DNA from: Fastidiosibacter lacustris | GTDB lineage: Bacteria; Pseudomonadota; Gammaproteobacteria; Francisellales; Francisellaceae | Assembly: GCF_003428155.1 (NCBI RefSeq) | Contig: NZ_QLIR01000012.1 | Location: forward strand, 31,917 to 63,916 | Direction: 5' to 3' | Length of the DNA: 32,000 nucleotides | Translations under genes and position numbers: made by a program | Notes under the pieces: generated by a model | The model's input: only the letters and a program-made list of their open reading frames with translations | The model's database searches: none | Told to the model about the DNA's origin: nothing | Shown here: piece by piece, positions 9,039-17,705 of the stretch | Layout: every line of letters begins with the position of its first letter | How positions within the stretch are numbered: the first letter of the stretch is position 1

Positions 9039-9076
9039 GGTTTTCTATTGCTCTGGGAGGATTTTAGTCCATTCGT
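9039..9076 (+). repeat. 38-nt relic repeat, copy A (31/38 identical to copy B at 29875-29912)
   Basis: GGTTTTCTATTGCTCTGGGAGGATTTTAGTCCATTCGT vs GGGGTTCTGTTGCTCTGGCACGACTTTGGTCCATTCGT, same orientation. In frame both encode G(F/V)LLLW(E/H)DF(S/G)PFV. Copy A is followed directly by TAA. Confidence 0.6.
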
Positions 9077-9235
9077 GTAAAAAGCAATCAGAAAAATGAT
9101 CTATTGCTCTCCCCAAGTAATGTGAAGTAATTAAACAATGTATATGTATACTTCAAAATTTATGCTATAGCTAGTCTGGCTGTTAATAATACAATATACG
9201 AAAGTTATCACTAAAAATACCTTGCCTGGAAGAAC

Positions 9236-9259
9236 CCCCAGAAATGGGGATCGTTTTTT
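9236..9259 (+). terminator. Candidate intrinsic terminator (short GNRA-capped hairpin plus T6)
   Basis: CCCCA-GAAA-TGGGG (9236-9249), then ATCG and TTTTTT (9254-9259). The stem is only 5 bp and the T-tract is offset by 4 nt, so this call is weak. Confidence 0.3.
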
Positions 9260-9595
9260 GTTCAGTGCGCCGTAATTTTAAAACTTGAAGAAAACAGTAA
9301 CATTGAACTTTTTTAGATTGAATAATAGTCAAATAACAACGCAGACACATAAAAACGCGCATAAATTAGATTTAACCGTATTTTTTATTGATTTTGAACG
9401 ATTGCATTATCGTATTACAGATAATTGAACAGCGCTTAAATATGAAAGCTGAATTTTTAACCAGAATTGCTAAAAAAATGAATTTTTAGACTGATTTTGA
9501 AAATTTAAGGAGAAATACGCCTGCGCTATAAGCTGAAAACGTTAATTTTTTTAAAAAAAATTGCATATTCCTGTTCACCATAAGGGAGCCAGTCC

Positions 9596-9859
9596 ATGAA
9601 GCTAAAACTTAACATACAACGTGATATTCACGATAAAATAAAGCTTCAAGGCAGTAAACTTATACTACCAATGCACTTTGATGTTGTCGAGGTTTATAAA
9701 GATGTACCCTTATTTGAGCCAGACGATAGCAAGCAGATTGTCACTATCCATTATCATGTGGATGATGATTTATATGCAGCCGTGTATTTTTACTTTGACG
9801 ATGGCAGTTATGCCAGACTGGTATGGCGGTATGGAGCAAGTGACAAAAATACAAGGTAA
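9596..9859 (+). CDS. Hypothetical protein (87 aa)
   Basis: ATG preceded by AAGGGAG at about 7 nt. No recognisable motif. An alternative-frame ORF at 9678-9899 lacks an SD. Confidence 0.5.
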   Translation: MKLKLNIQRDIHDKIKLQGSKLILPMHFDVVEVYKDVPLFEPDDSKQIVTIHYHVDDDLYAAVYFYFDDGSYARLVWRYGASDKNTR

Positions 9860-10271
9860 TGTTTTAAATAGCACCTCAGGTATCGCTTATGAGGTATAGG
9901 CTAGAAAGCAATTTTCAAATTACTATAACCAGTTTACTGACGTATTCCGACTGAACTATAGGTTCCCTGCAAAGCCCTCCAATTTTCCCTGTTTTGAAAA
10001 AATAAAATCACTCAATGCCATATACAGTAACGCTTGTAGTGAAAATCAATGTTTCTCTAAAATAAGTTTCGTCAAGGTGCTTTTATCGAGTGGGAGGTGA
10101 GATGATGAGAAAGCGACCTTGACTAACTGTGGCTAAGTATAGTCTAGCAAATATTAAAGCAACTTAATTAGCAAGTATTTTTACCTTTTTTATTATTTTT
10201 TCACATTACATTCATTGATCGCAAAAAAGCAAAAAATAGACGAATAACGCAATAACACAGGAGAAGAAACT

Positions 10272-13200
10272 ATGATGTCAATTGGCGTTGTCAGTTCAGG
10301 CAGCAATGTACACAAGTATTTCATCGACAAAGATAATTACTATTTAACCGATAAGTCTGAGTTAAAAGAAGCGGCAACTTGGTATGGCAAAGGCGCTGAA
10401 TTACTGGGCATTAAAGGTGAGCAAGTCGATGAAAAGTTATTTTTAGATTTACTTCACGGCAGATTACCTAACGGTGAGCAAGTTGGCATTATGCGTGATG
10501 GTTCTTTCAAACATCGCCCTGCAACGGACATTACGTTTTCAGCACCTAAATCGTTATCTATTATGGGTTTGGTTGCAGGTGATACACGCTTGATTGAAGT
10601 CCATAACAAAGCTGTTGAAAAAGCATTAGGCAAGATTGAAGCTTTGTATGCTGAAGCACGTATTACTGAAAATGGCATCACAAGCTATGAAAAAACTGGG
10701 AACTTAACCATTGCCGCCTTTCGTCACACCTCATCTCGTGAAAAAGACCCGCAACTGCATACGCATGGCGTTACGATGAATTTTACGCAAAGAGAAGATG
10801 GGCAATGGCGTGCGCTATCTTCCCGTCAAAAAAATGATGTACAGCATCTTGAAAATGGCTTTAGAGAAATGCTTTATGCCAATCAGCATTACTTGGGCAT
10901 GATTTATAATAGTGAAATTGCTAAAGGCACCGTTGAATGCGGTTATGAAATCAAAGTCAAAGATCAATATGGCAACTTTGATATTGTTGGATTGTCACAA
11001 GACTATCTTGAAAGCCAATCTAAACGCAGAACACAGATTCTCAATAAGCTTGAAGAAAAAGGACTTAACGGTGCTAAAGCTGCACAAAATGCTTGCTTAG
11101 ACAGCCGTATTGCTAAAAGTGATATTTCACCTGATGAATTAAAAGCTGCATGGATTGAAGATGCCAAAGCACAAGGGGTCAGCCTTGGTAAAGTGTTTAT
11201 GGAATCTATAAACAACCTTGAGCAAGATGCAAAAGAAGAAAAGGAAGCAGAAAAGGCAAAAGAAACCAATAGCACTAAAAATAATACGCCGAATGACCAA
11301 CTACCGTCAAAAGCTTATGTCACCAGTGACCTACAAACACACTCACATAACGCCAAAGAAGCCATTAGTGATGCGGTTGCTCATTTATCTCAATATGGCG
11401 TGCAGATAAAGCATGGGGATATTATTCGCCAAGCCTTTGTTTTTTCAGCCGGACTGGTTGAGCATGATCATTTAGAAGCGGTATTGTCGGATAAGCTTAA
11501 AACAGGTGAGCTTATTGGGCGTGAGCATCAATACTATACGACAGATCAATTAGTAAAAGTCGAAAAAGATTTCATGCAGTTTGCTAAAGCATCAATGGTA
11601 AGTGCATGGTCGGTTAACCTTAATCGTTCTGGGTTAGAAGCCTCATTATTTAACCATAAAGACCGCTTGCAATTGATTGATGTTAAAGGCTTGCGCAATG
11701 AAGCAAAACTGATTGACGGACTGGTTAAAACGGCTGAGAACAACGGTTTAAATGTCTATGTATTGCATCAAAACTATTCACGCTTAAATAGGCTTAAAGA
11801 AGATGTTAAACGTGATGGATCAAGCTTATGGAAAGCCTTTAAAAACCATTTTAAGCATGACTTACTGCAAACCGTTGGTAAGTTTGAGCATGATTATACG
11901 CAAAAGCTTAATAATCCTTTTTTTTCTTTTGCTCAATTAAGCCATAAGCAGGACTTAATTATTGTCGCGGATAGCCAAAAACTTGGCATTAAAGACGTTG
12001 AACGCTTAAATACATTAGCCGAAAAAGGGAAAGCTAAGATTGCCTTTTTAAATAATACCGAATCAACCCTTGGCTTTAGTGCGGGCAATCCAATGAAGCT
12101 ATTAAAAGAGTCTGGTGTTAATCAGTTAAGATCACAAAGCATTTCCAAGAACACGCTAGTAGAAGTGGCAAGCTTCAGTGAAGCACACAAAGCTTTAGCA
12201 TATCATTATGTTGGTTTAGATAATGAAGCTAAAAAAAATACGCCGATTGTGGCTTTTACCAATAAAGCACAAGCAGAAATCACTGGTGAGATTCGTGATC
12301 ACTTGAAAGAAAATGGCGAGCTTTCCTTACAGGAAAATCACTACCAAACACTATCAACCAGTCGCTTAAGTGACATTGAAAAAACCAAAACGCAATGCTA
12401 TCAACTTGGTGATAGCGTGACACTGAATCCGTTTGCCCAAGCTGAAGAAAATGGAAAAAGTAAAAGAAGTGAAAAAGGTGAAAAAAATGGCGAAAAGCAC
12501 AAACAGCAAAGTTATCTTGTGACGGGTATAGATCGCGACAATCAAGCTTTACACTTAACGAATCGTCACGGTGAGTCAATACAATTGTCACTGAAAAAAG
12601 AAGATTTATTTCATGCTGATGGCAGCTTTAAAGTTAATTTTGAAGCCAATAAAAGCAAAACAATGGCAATTGCTGTCGGTGAAACCCTACGAGCCACCCG
12701 TAATCTTTATCTGGATTATCAGGCGGATTCAATAGATAACAGTAGTAAAAGTGATAAAAGTGGTCAAAGCGGTGAAAGTAATAAGGATAGCAAAGTTGAA
12801 ACCGTCAAAACAGTTAAAATTGATAAAAACAGCACCTTTAAAGTGCAGTCCATTGCTGAAAATGGTATCCATATTCAGCACGACAATAAAACCATTTTTG
12901 TAGCCAATGAAAAGCTGCAAAGAAGTTTCATTGAGCATGGCTATGTCATTAAACCACATCAGTTAAGCAAGGATACTGATAGTGTTTTAACTGCGCTTTC
13001 AAGTTATCAGGTCAATCAAAATAACATTGGTGAGATTGCTGAGTTTGCGAAAAAAGTCACCCTTTTTACCGATAATCCAGAAAAAAGCACCCAAGCTTTA
13101 AACGCACAGCAAGTTTCATGGTTGGCATTAGATGTCGCCAGTGGCAAAGCACAAAGCTACAACCCGATTGTACGAACAGAAGAAGCCATCAGAAAAGACT

Positions 13201-16200
13201 TAGAGGTGGTGGCTAAAGCCTTATCTGGTGATGACAAAACCAAAGCAGATACGGCCGTTTCTTATGGTATTGCGAAACTGGCTGAGCGTGAGGCAGGCTT
13301 TCAACTGAATGACTTACTCAAAGAGTCGATGAAATATGCCCTTGGCTCGGTATCGCTTGAGGATATTGAAAAAATCATTGCTGATAAATCCAAGCAAGGT
13401 GATTTGTTGGTTACAGGACAAACAGTCACAACAGCTTATGCCTATCAGTTAGAGAAAAATATTATTCAAACGGTTAAAGACAATCACGCCAGTGTTGCAC
13501 CTATTTACGACAAAGTACCTACTTTGAGCCAGGAGATAAGTTTCACCCAAGGACAAAAAGATGCGGTGAGCTTAGCCTTAACCACCAATGATCGTTTTAT
13601 TGGGGTGCAAGGGCTTGCCGGTACAGGAAAAACCACGATGATGAAAGAGTTGAAACAACATGCTGAAAAGGCAGGATTCAATATCATTGGTATTGCGCCA
13701 ACACATAAGGCAGTGCAAATGCTTGATGAGTCTATCAATAAAGAAGTGACTGGTAGTCGCTTTGAAAAAGCGGGGATTCCGGTGATTACTGCACATAGTT
13801 TTATTAATAAAACAAATACAACACATGATGGACACGATACGAACAAGATAGATAACAGCAAAACCCTGTTTATTATTGATGAATCATCGATGTTGGGTAA
13901 TCGGATTTATCATGATATTCAAAAGAAAATTGTTAGTCTCAATGCCAGAGGCATCTTCTCAGGCGATATTAAGCAACAGGTGGCGATTGAAAGCGGGAAA
14001 CCGCAAGAGTTAAGCATGAATAACGGCTTAAAATATGCCTCAATGAATGAAATTGTGCGCCAAAACCCTAACCCACAATTAAAAATGTCGGCTGTATTAG
14101 CAGCAGATAAACAACCGGCTAAAGCATTAATCAATCTTGAAAGTATTAATCCTTTTGATCATATTCAGCGTAAGGATTTTTACAGTAGCGAGCCAATTTC
14201 TTTTATTGAAGTTGGTGCCGCAAAGGATGGTCAAGGCAAAGTATTACTAGATGACAATGGCAAACCCTCGTTAACTAATCTATATGATGTAATTGCTAAG
14301 GATGTATTAACACGCATACCAGAACAGCGCGAAAATACCATTGTGGTTGCTTCAACGCATAAAGATCGCCATGAGATAGATCAACGTATTCGCCAAGGAC
14401 TCATTAATGATGATCACATTAAAAATGAAGTCAATGCAACTCGTTTAATGTCAAAAAACATTGATCAAGCAGATATGTTACATGCTAAAAACTATGAGGT
14501 TGGTGACATACTACGCTTTGAAAGAGGTTACTCAGTTGCCAAAAAAGGGGATTACATGCAAGTGATTGGTATTGATGAAAGCCAAAATAAACTCAATGTG
14601 ATAAACATCGGTGATGGCAATAACTACAGTATCAATCCTGCCAGTATTGCCTTAAAAGCCGATATGAGTGTTTATAAAGAACTAGAAGTACAACTTGGTG
14701 TTGGTGATCGCATCCGACTACGCCAAAGTGACCCTAAGCGTGGTTGGGTCGGTGGTGCTGAGTATAAAGTCAGTGCCATTGAAGATGGTAAGGCTTATTT
14801 AACTTATTTACATCACACGAATGCACAGAATAATAAGCATAATGAAAATAACACGCATACTCATAACCTCACCATTCATCTTACGGATAAAAAAGATCAG
14901 CTTTGGGATTACGCTTATACCAATACAACCTATAGTGCCCAAGGCGCTACGTCCAAATATTTTATTGGGTTAGCCGATGAAAATTATCGTTCGATGTATA
15001 TTCAGCTAACACGCGCAAGCATGCAAGCAACGATATACACAGCGAACAAAGTAAAGCTCCTCAATGGCTTAGAAGATGCTAGACGGCAACTGCAAGCTGA
15101 TAAACTATCCGCTTATGAGATGCTGCATCAAAGCCATCAACAAAAAGAAATTGAAAAAAATGAAACAATTAAAACAATTAAAATAACAAAAGGTGCCTAC
15201 AATAAGCAACATCAAATCAGCAATACTAATGTAAGTGTCGATGGAAAGGGCATACCTATTGCTAAAACACGAGATAAAACAGGGTATACTGCTAAAGAAA
15301 AAATAGAAAAACCAGTTTTAGCTGATGATATTAAGCCACTTTTACGCCAGAGAATGGAGGAGTTAGCGATAAGCTTATTGGGTGAACCTAACAAAGCACT
15401 CTCAAATCAAACCCAGTTACGGTTTGGTAAAAATGGCAGTTTAACGGTGAATTTAGAAAAGGCACAATGGTTCTCACATGAAACTGGCAAGGGTGGCAAT
15501 CCCTTTGATCTCATCAAACATGAGCTGAATTTTAGTGACTTCAAGGATGTCTTGGACTATGCCAAAAAGTTTGTCAATTACACGCCAGATATGCAGTATA
15601 TTGAAGTTAAACCTAAGCCTACTGAGCAAATCAATCTTGAAGATGAAAAACGACAAGAGAGAAAAGAGAAACAAGAGCAAATGAAAGCATTAGGTGATAG
15701 GTTATATCAGCAGTCTGTACCCATTAAAGGCACACTTGGTGAAAAGTATCTAGCAGAATGTAGAGGATTATCATGCTATGAAAATGCAGATATTCGTTTT
15801 GTAAATTCGATCTCTGGCATCGACAAAACAACTGGTAATAGAATCTATACCCCTGCTATTTTATCAGTTGCTAAAGATGATAAAGATGCGCTTCACCATG
15901 TGCAAGTAATTCGATTAAATCAAGATGGCAGCAAAAATAAAGACGTTAAAATCACCAAACAAACTTATGGTAAAATGGATGGCTTTGCTGTGGATTTAAA
16001 CACCAAAGCCGATAAGTCTGTCACCTATCTTGCCGAGGGTGTTGAAACAGGATTATCCATTCTTAATATTCATAAAAATGCACACGTTTTAGCCGTTTTA
16101 GGGAAGTCAAATTTTGCAAATATAAATACAGATAAGCTTGCTGATAAGATAGTTATTTGCCTTGATAATGATTTTAAAGGGAAAGATACATTTAATAATG

Positions 16201-16805
16201 AGCAGAAATTATCAGATCATATTAAATCTATAAAAAGAAACTGTGAACAAATAAATGCGTTAGCTAACCACTTCAAAAGTTACGGAAAAGAGGTACGTTT
16301 TATATTACCAGATAGAGATAAATTTGACTTTAATGATGTATTAAATCAACAAGGATATGCTGAACTTAGCAGACAAGTAAATCAGCTAATAACAGAAAAA
16401 GACTTTAGTAAAATAACGAATAAGTATATTGAAATAAAATTAAATCACATCAATGACGAGATGAGTAAGCACATTAAGTCAATAAAAAATGAATATGAAA
16501 AATCAATTATGCAACATCCTAGTTTAAATCATTTAAACTCATGTCACGATAAGGGCTTATTAATAAATGAGACTATTAATAAATCGAATATTTATAAAGA
16601 TACACTGCTATCAGATCAACGAATAATGGATGCAAAGAAACGTCTTGATAGTCAATTACAAAATCAAATTCGACATGACCAGATTGAAAATATCGTTGGC
16701 AAAATAGATAAAGTAGATAAAATAAATAAGATAGATAAAACACCTAATGCAAAACATCAGGAAACGCTAAAATCACAATCAGTTAATAAGGAAATTGAGC
16801 GATAG
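10272..16805 (+). CDS. traI: TraI: MOB-F relaxase + RecD-like helicase + C-terminal Toprim/primase-like module (2177 aa)
   Basis: AGGAGA SD. The N-terminus MMSIGVVSSGSNVHKYFIDKDNYY...GKGAELLG...HRPATDITFSAPKSLS parallels F TraI (MMSIAQVRSAGSAGNYYTDKDNYY...GKGAEQLG...HRPGYDLTFSAPKSVS), including Tyr16. His triad HTSSREKDPQLHTH at 10724-10766. Walker A GLAGTGKTT at 13611-13637. C-terminal Toprim signature: AEGVETG (Glu 16035-16037) and ICLDNDFKG (DxD 16164-16172). Confidence 0.92.
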   Translation: MMSIGVVSSGSNVHKYFIDKDNYYLTDKSELKEAATWYGKGAELLGIKGEQVDEKLFLDLLHGRLPNGEQVGIMRDGSFKHRPATDITFSAPKSLSIMGLVAGDTRLIEVHNKAVEKALGKIEALYAEARITENGITSYEKTGNLTIAAFRHTSSREKDPQLHTHGVTMNFTQREDGQWRALSSRQKNDVQHLENGFREMLYANQHYLGMIYNSEIAKGTVECGYEIKVKDQYGNFDIVGLSQDYLESQSKRRTQILNKLEEKGLNGAKAAQNACLDSRIAKSDISPDELKAAWIEDAKAQGVSLGKVFMESINNLEQDAKEEKEAEKAKETNSTKNNTPNDQLPSKAYVTSDLQTHSHNAKEAISDAVAHLSQYGVQIKHGDIIRQAFVFSAGLVEHDHLEAVLSDKLKTGELIGREHQYYTTDQLVKVEKDFMQFAKASMVSAWSVNLNRSGLEASLFNHKDRLQLIDVKGLRNEAKLIDGLVKTAENNGLNVYVLHQNYSRLNRLKEDVKRDGSSLWKAFKNHFKHDLLQTVGKFEHDYTQKLNNPFFSFAQLSHKQDLIIVADSQKLGIKDVERLNTLAEKGKAKIAFLNNTESTLGFSAGNPMKLLKESGVNQLRSQSISKNTLVEVASFSEAHKALAYHYVGLDNEAKKNTPIVAFTNKAQAEITGEIRDHLKENGELSLQENHYQTLSTSRLSDIEKTKTQCYQLGDSVTLNPFAQAEENGKSKRSEKGEKNGEKHKQQSYLVTGIDRDNQALHLTNRHGESIQLSLKKEDLFHADGSFKVNFEANKSKTMAIAVGETLRATRNLYLDYQADSIDNSSKSDKSGQSGESNKDSKVETVKTVKIDKNSTFKVQSIAENGIHIQHDNKTIFVANEKLQRSFIEHGYVIKPHQLSKDTDSVLTALSSYQVNQNNIGEIAEFAKKVTLFTDNPEKSTQALNAQQVSWLALDVASGKAQSYNPIVRTEEAIRKDLEVVAKALSGDDKTKADTAVSYGIAKLAEREAGFQLNDLLKESMKYALGSVSLEDIEKIIADKSKQGDLLVTGQTVTTAYAYQLEKNIIQTVKDNHASVAPIYDKVPTLSQEISFTQGQKDAVSLALTTNDRFIGVQGLAGTGKTTMMKELKQHAEKAGFNIIGIAPTHKAVQMLDESINKEVTGSRFEKAGIPVITAHSFINKTNTTHDGHDTNKIDNSKTLFIIDESSMLGNRIYHDIQKKIVSLNARGIFSGDIKQQVAIESGKPQELSMNNGLKYASMNEIVRQNPNPQLKMSAVLAADKQPAKALINLESINPFDHIQRKDFYSSEPISFIEVGAAKDGQGKVLLDDNGKPSLTNLYDVIAKDVLTRIPEQRENTIVVASTHKDRHEIDQRIRQGLINDDHIKNEVNATRLMSKNIDQADMLHAKNYEVGDILRFERGYSVAKKGDYMQVIGIDESQNKLNVINIGDGNNYSINPASIALKADMSVYKELEVQLGVGDRIRLRQSDPKRGWVGGAEYKVSAIEDGKAYLTYLHHTNAQNNKHNENNTHTHNLTIHLTDKKDQLWDYAYTNTTYSAQGATSKYFIGLADENYRSMYIQLTRASMQATIYTANKVKLLNGLEDARRQLQADKLSAYEMLHQSHQQKEIEKNETIKTIKITKGAYNKQHQISNTNVSVDGKGIPIAKTRDKTGYTAKEKIEKPVLADDIKPLLRQRMEELAISLLGEPNKALSNQTQLRFGKNGSLTVNLEKAQWFSHETGKGGNPFDLIKHELNFSDFKDVLDYAKKFVNYTPDMQYIEVKPKPTEQINLEDEKRQERKEKQEQMKALGDRLYQQSVPIKGTLGEKYLAECRGLSCYENADIRFVNSISGIDKTTGNRIYTPAILSVAKDDKDALHHVQVIRLNQDGSKNKDVKITKQTYGKMDGFAVDLNTKADKSVTYLAEGVETGLSILNIHKNAHVLAVLGKSNFANINTDKLADKIVICLDNDFKGKDTFNNEQKLSDHIKSIKRNCEQINALANHFKSYGKEVRFILPDRDKFDFNDVLNQQGYAELSRQVNQLITEKDFSKITNKYIEIKLNHINDEMSKHIKSIKNEYEKSIMQHPSLNHLNSCHDKGLLINETINKSNIYKDTLLSDQRIMDAKKRLDSQLQNQIRHDQIENIVGKIDKVDKINKIDKTPNAKHQETLKSQSVNKEIER

Positions 16806-16820
16806 CTATCACTACATTTT

Positions 16821-16850
16821 CTATATTTTACTATATTTCACTATAAAAAT
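16821..16850. repeat. Three tandem 10-mers (helical-phase A/T tracts) between convergent traI and the traM-like gene
   Basis: CTATATTTTA / CTATATTTCA / CTATAAAAAT at 16821-16850, preceded by the related ACTACATTTT (16811-16820). Confidence 0.6.
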
Positions 16851-16887
16851 CCAAAGTAATAATATTTGTCTTTACTTTAATCTCCCT

Positions 16888-17217
16888 TTATTTCCCACTT
16901 TTCCCTTTCAAATAAGCTGATGTTTTGTTTTCAATCATCGTTATCAATGTATCGGCATCAAAGAATTTACCTGTTGTTTTAGTTTTATCAAAGACACAGC
17001 GTATAATCTCTTTAACCACTTCGTTGGTTTCAATGGCATATTTCACACTATCATCTACTGCAAGATCATCTGATGACTTATCTAGCGATGATTTATGCAC
17101 TCTTAATCCTAAATCAAGCATATCAAGCGCAAAGTTAGCCGTTGATTTACTACTGCTTTTGGCATGTTTTTCTAATTCTTCATAGACATTAGCGCCTATA
17201 TCTAATTTCATTTCCAT
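16888..17217 (-). CDS. traM: TraM-like relaxosome accessory protein (RHH-type N-terminus)
   Basis: MEMKLDIGANVYEELEKHAK...ANFALDMLDLGLRVHKSS resembles F TraM (VNLYISNDAYEKINAI...ATASMLLELGLRVHEAQ as recalled). Size is similar (109 vs 127 aa) and it lies next to the predicted oriT. The third codon ATG (17209-17211) overlaps the upstream gene's TGA as ATGA, so the start may be 17211. Confidence 0.55.
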   Translation of the reverse strand: MEMKLDIGANVYEELEKHAKSSSKSTANFALDMLDLGLRVHKSSLDKSSDDLAVDDSVKYAIETNEVVKEIIRCVFDKTKTTGKFFDADTLITMIENKTSAYLKGKSGK

Positions 17218-17705
17218 TGGTTTTTATCCTCTTCAATTGGAATAGTTTTCATGTTATTTCTATCATTTGAAACATAAATATTTTTATATTCTTCACCTTG
17301 AATCTGTCCACATTTTTTCACTGTTTCATCTAGAGAAATGGCGAATATTTTCTTGGCAATCTCGGTATCATTTATCTTGCCTAAAAGACATTTCGTGCTT
17401 ATTTGTGCTGCATGAACAAGGTGAGGTATCATAATATTTATTTGCTCTGTTAACTTTACTAAATGATTAATGTCATCAGAAATAACAACGTTTTTACCTT
17501 GTTTTTCTTCCTTTTTTTCCAATATTTTTTCGCGAATTAAATGCTTAATTGCCAAACCCAATGATGGCTCATTGTTACTTTTTAATAATGCGTTGTCATA
17601 TGCCAATTTGGTTAGATACTTTTCTTCGGTTTCAGATAACCTTAATGAGGTTGGGTATTGTTTTGATTCCATAAGGCGTTTTTGCTTGATTTTTATGTAG
17701 TGCAT
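17208..17705 (-). CDS. Ribbon-helix-helix protein, candidate TraY-like oriT-binding/regulatory factor
   Basis: PTSLRLSETEEKYLTKLAYDNALLKSNNEPSLGLAIKHLIREKIL fits the RHH pattern (beta strand then two helices). It is the first gene leftward of the predicted oriT and is translationally coupled to the TraM-like gene. The start is uncertain (17705 or 17672; neither has an SD). Confidence 0.5.
   Translation of the reverse strand: MHYIKIKQKRLMESKQYPTSLRLSETEEKYLTKLAYDNALLKSNNEPSLGLAIKHLIREKILEKKEEKQGKNVVISDDINHLVKLTEQINIMIPHLVHAAQISTKCLLGKINDTEIAKKIFAISLDETVKKCGQIQGEEYKNIYVSNDRNNMKTIPIEEDKNQWK

Noticed and set aside
10071-10148. R388/pKM101-like nic candidate GTATAGTCTAGC (10137-10148; compare GTATTGTCTATAGC) preceded by the inverted repeat GTCAAGGT (10071-10078) / ACCTTGAC (10116-10123), just upstream of traI.
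   Set aside because: The relaxase N-terminus is F-type (MOB-F12), not R388-type. The repeat arms are 37 nt apart. The match is short and gapped, and a much better F/R100-type nic exists at 18020-18037 with the correct topology. I keep it only as a fallback if the 18-kb site fails experimentally.
1664-15680. Numerous 60-118-aa ORFs nested in or antisense to traG, traD and traI (for example 1664-1879, 6215-6451, 11003-11275, 12280-12591, 13505-13861, 15474-15680).
   Set aside because: They lie entirely inside long, well-supported genes, in alternative frames, with skewed low-complexity composition. They are typical shadow ORFs of AT-rich DNA.
16704-16739. In-frame 9-nt tandem repeat ATAGATAAA GTAGATAAA ATAAATAAG ATAGATAAA (KIDKVDKINKIDK) in the TraI tail.
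   Set aside because: The repeat is real, but it looks like ordinary low-complexity slippage in a disordered Lys/Asp-rich C-terminal tail. There is no evidence of function beyond possible length polymorphism.
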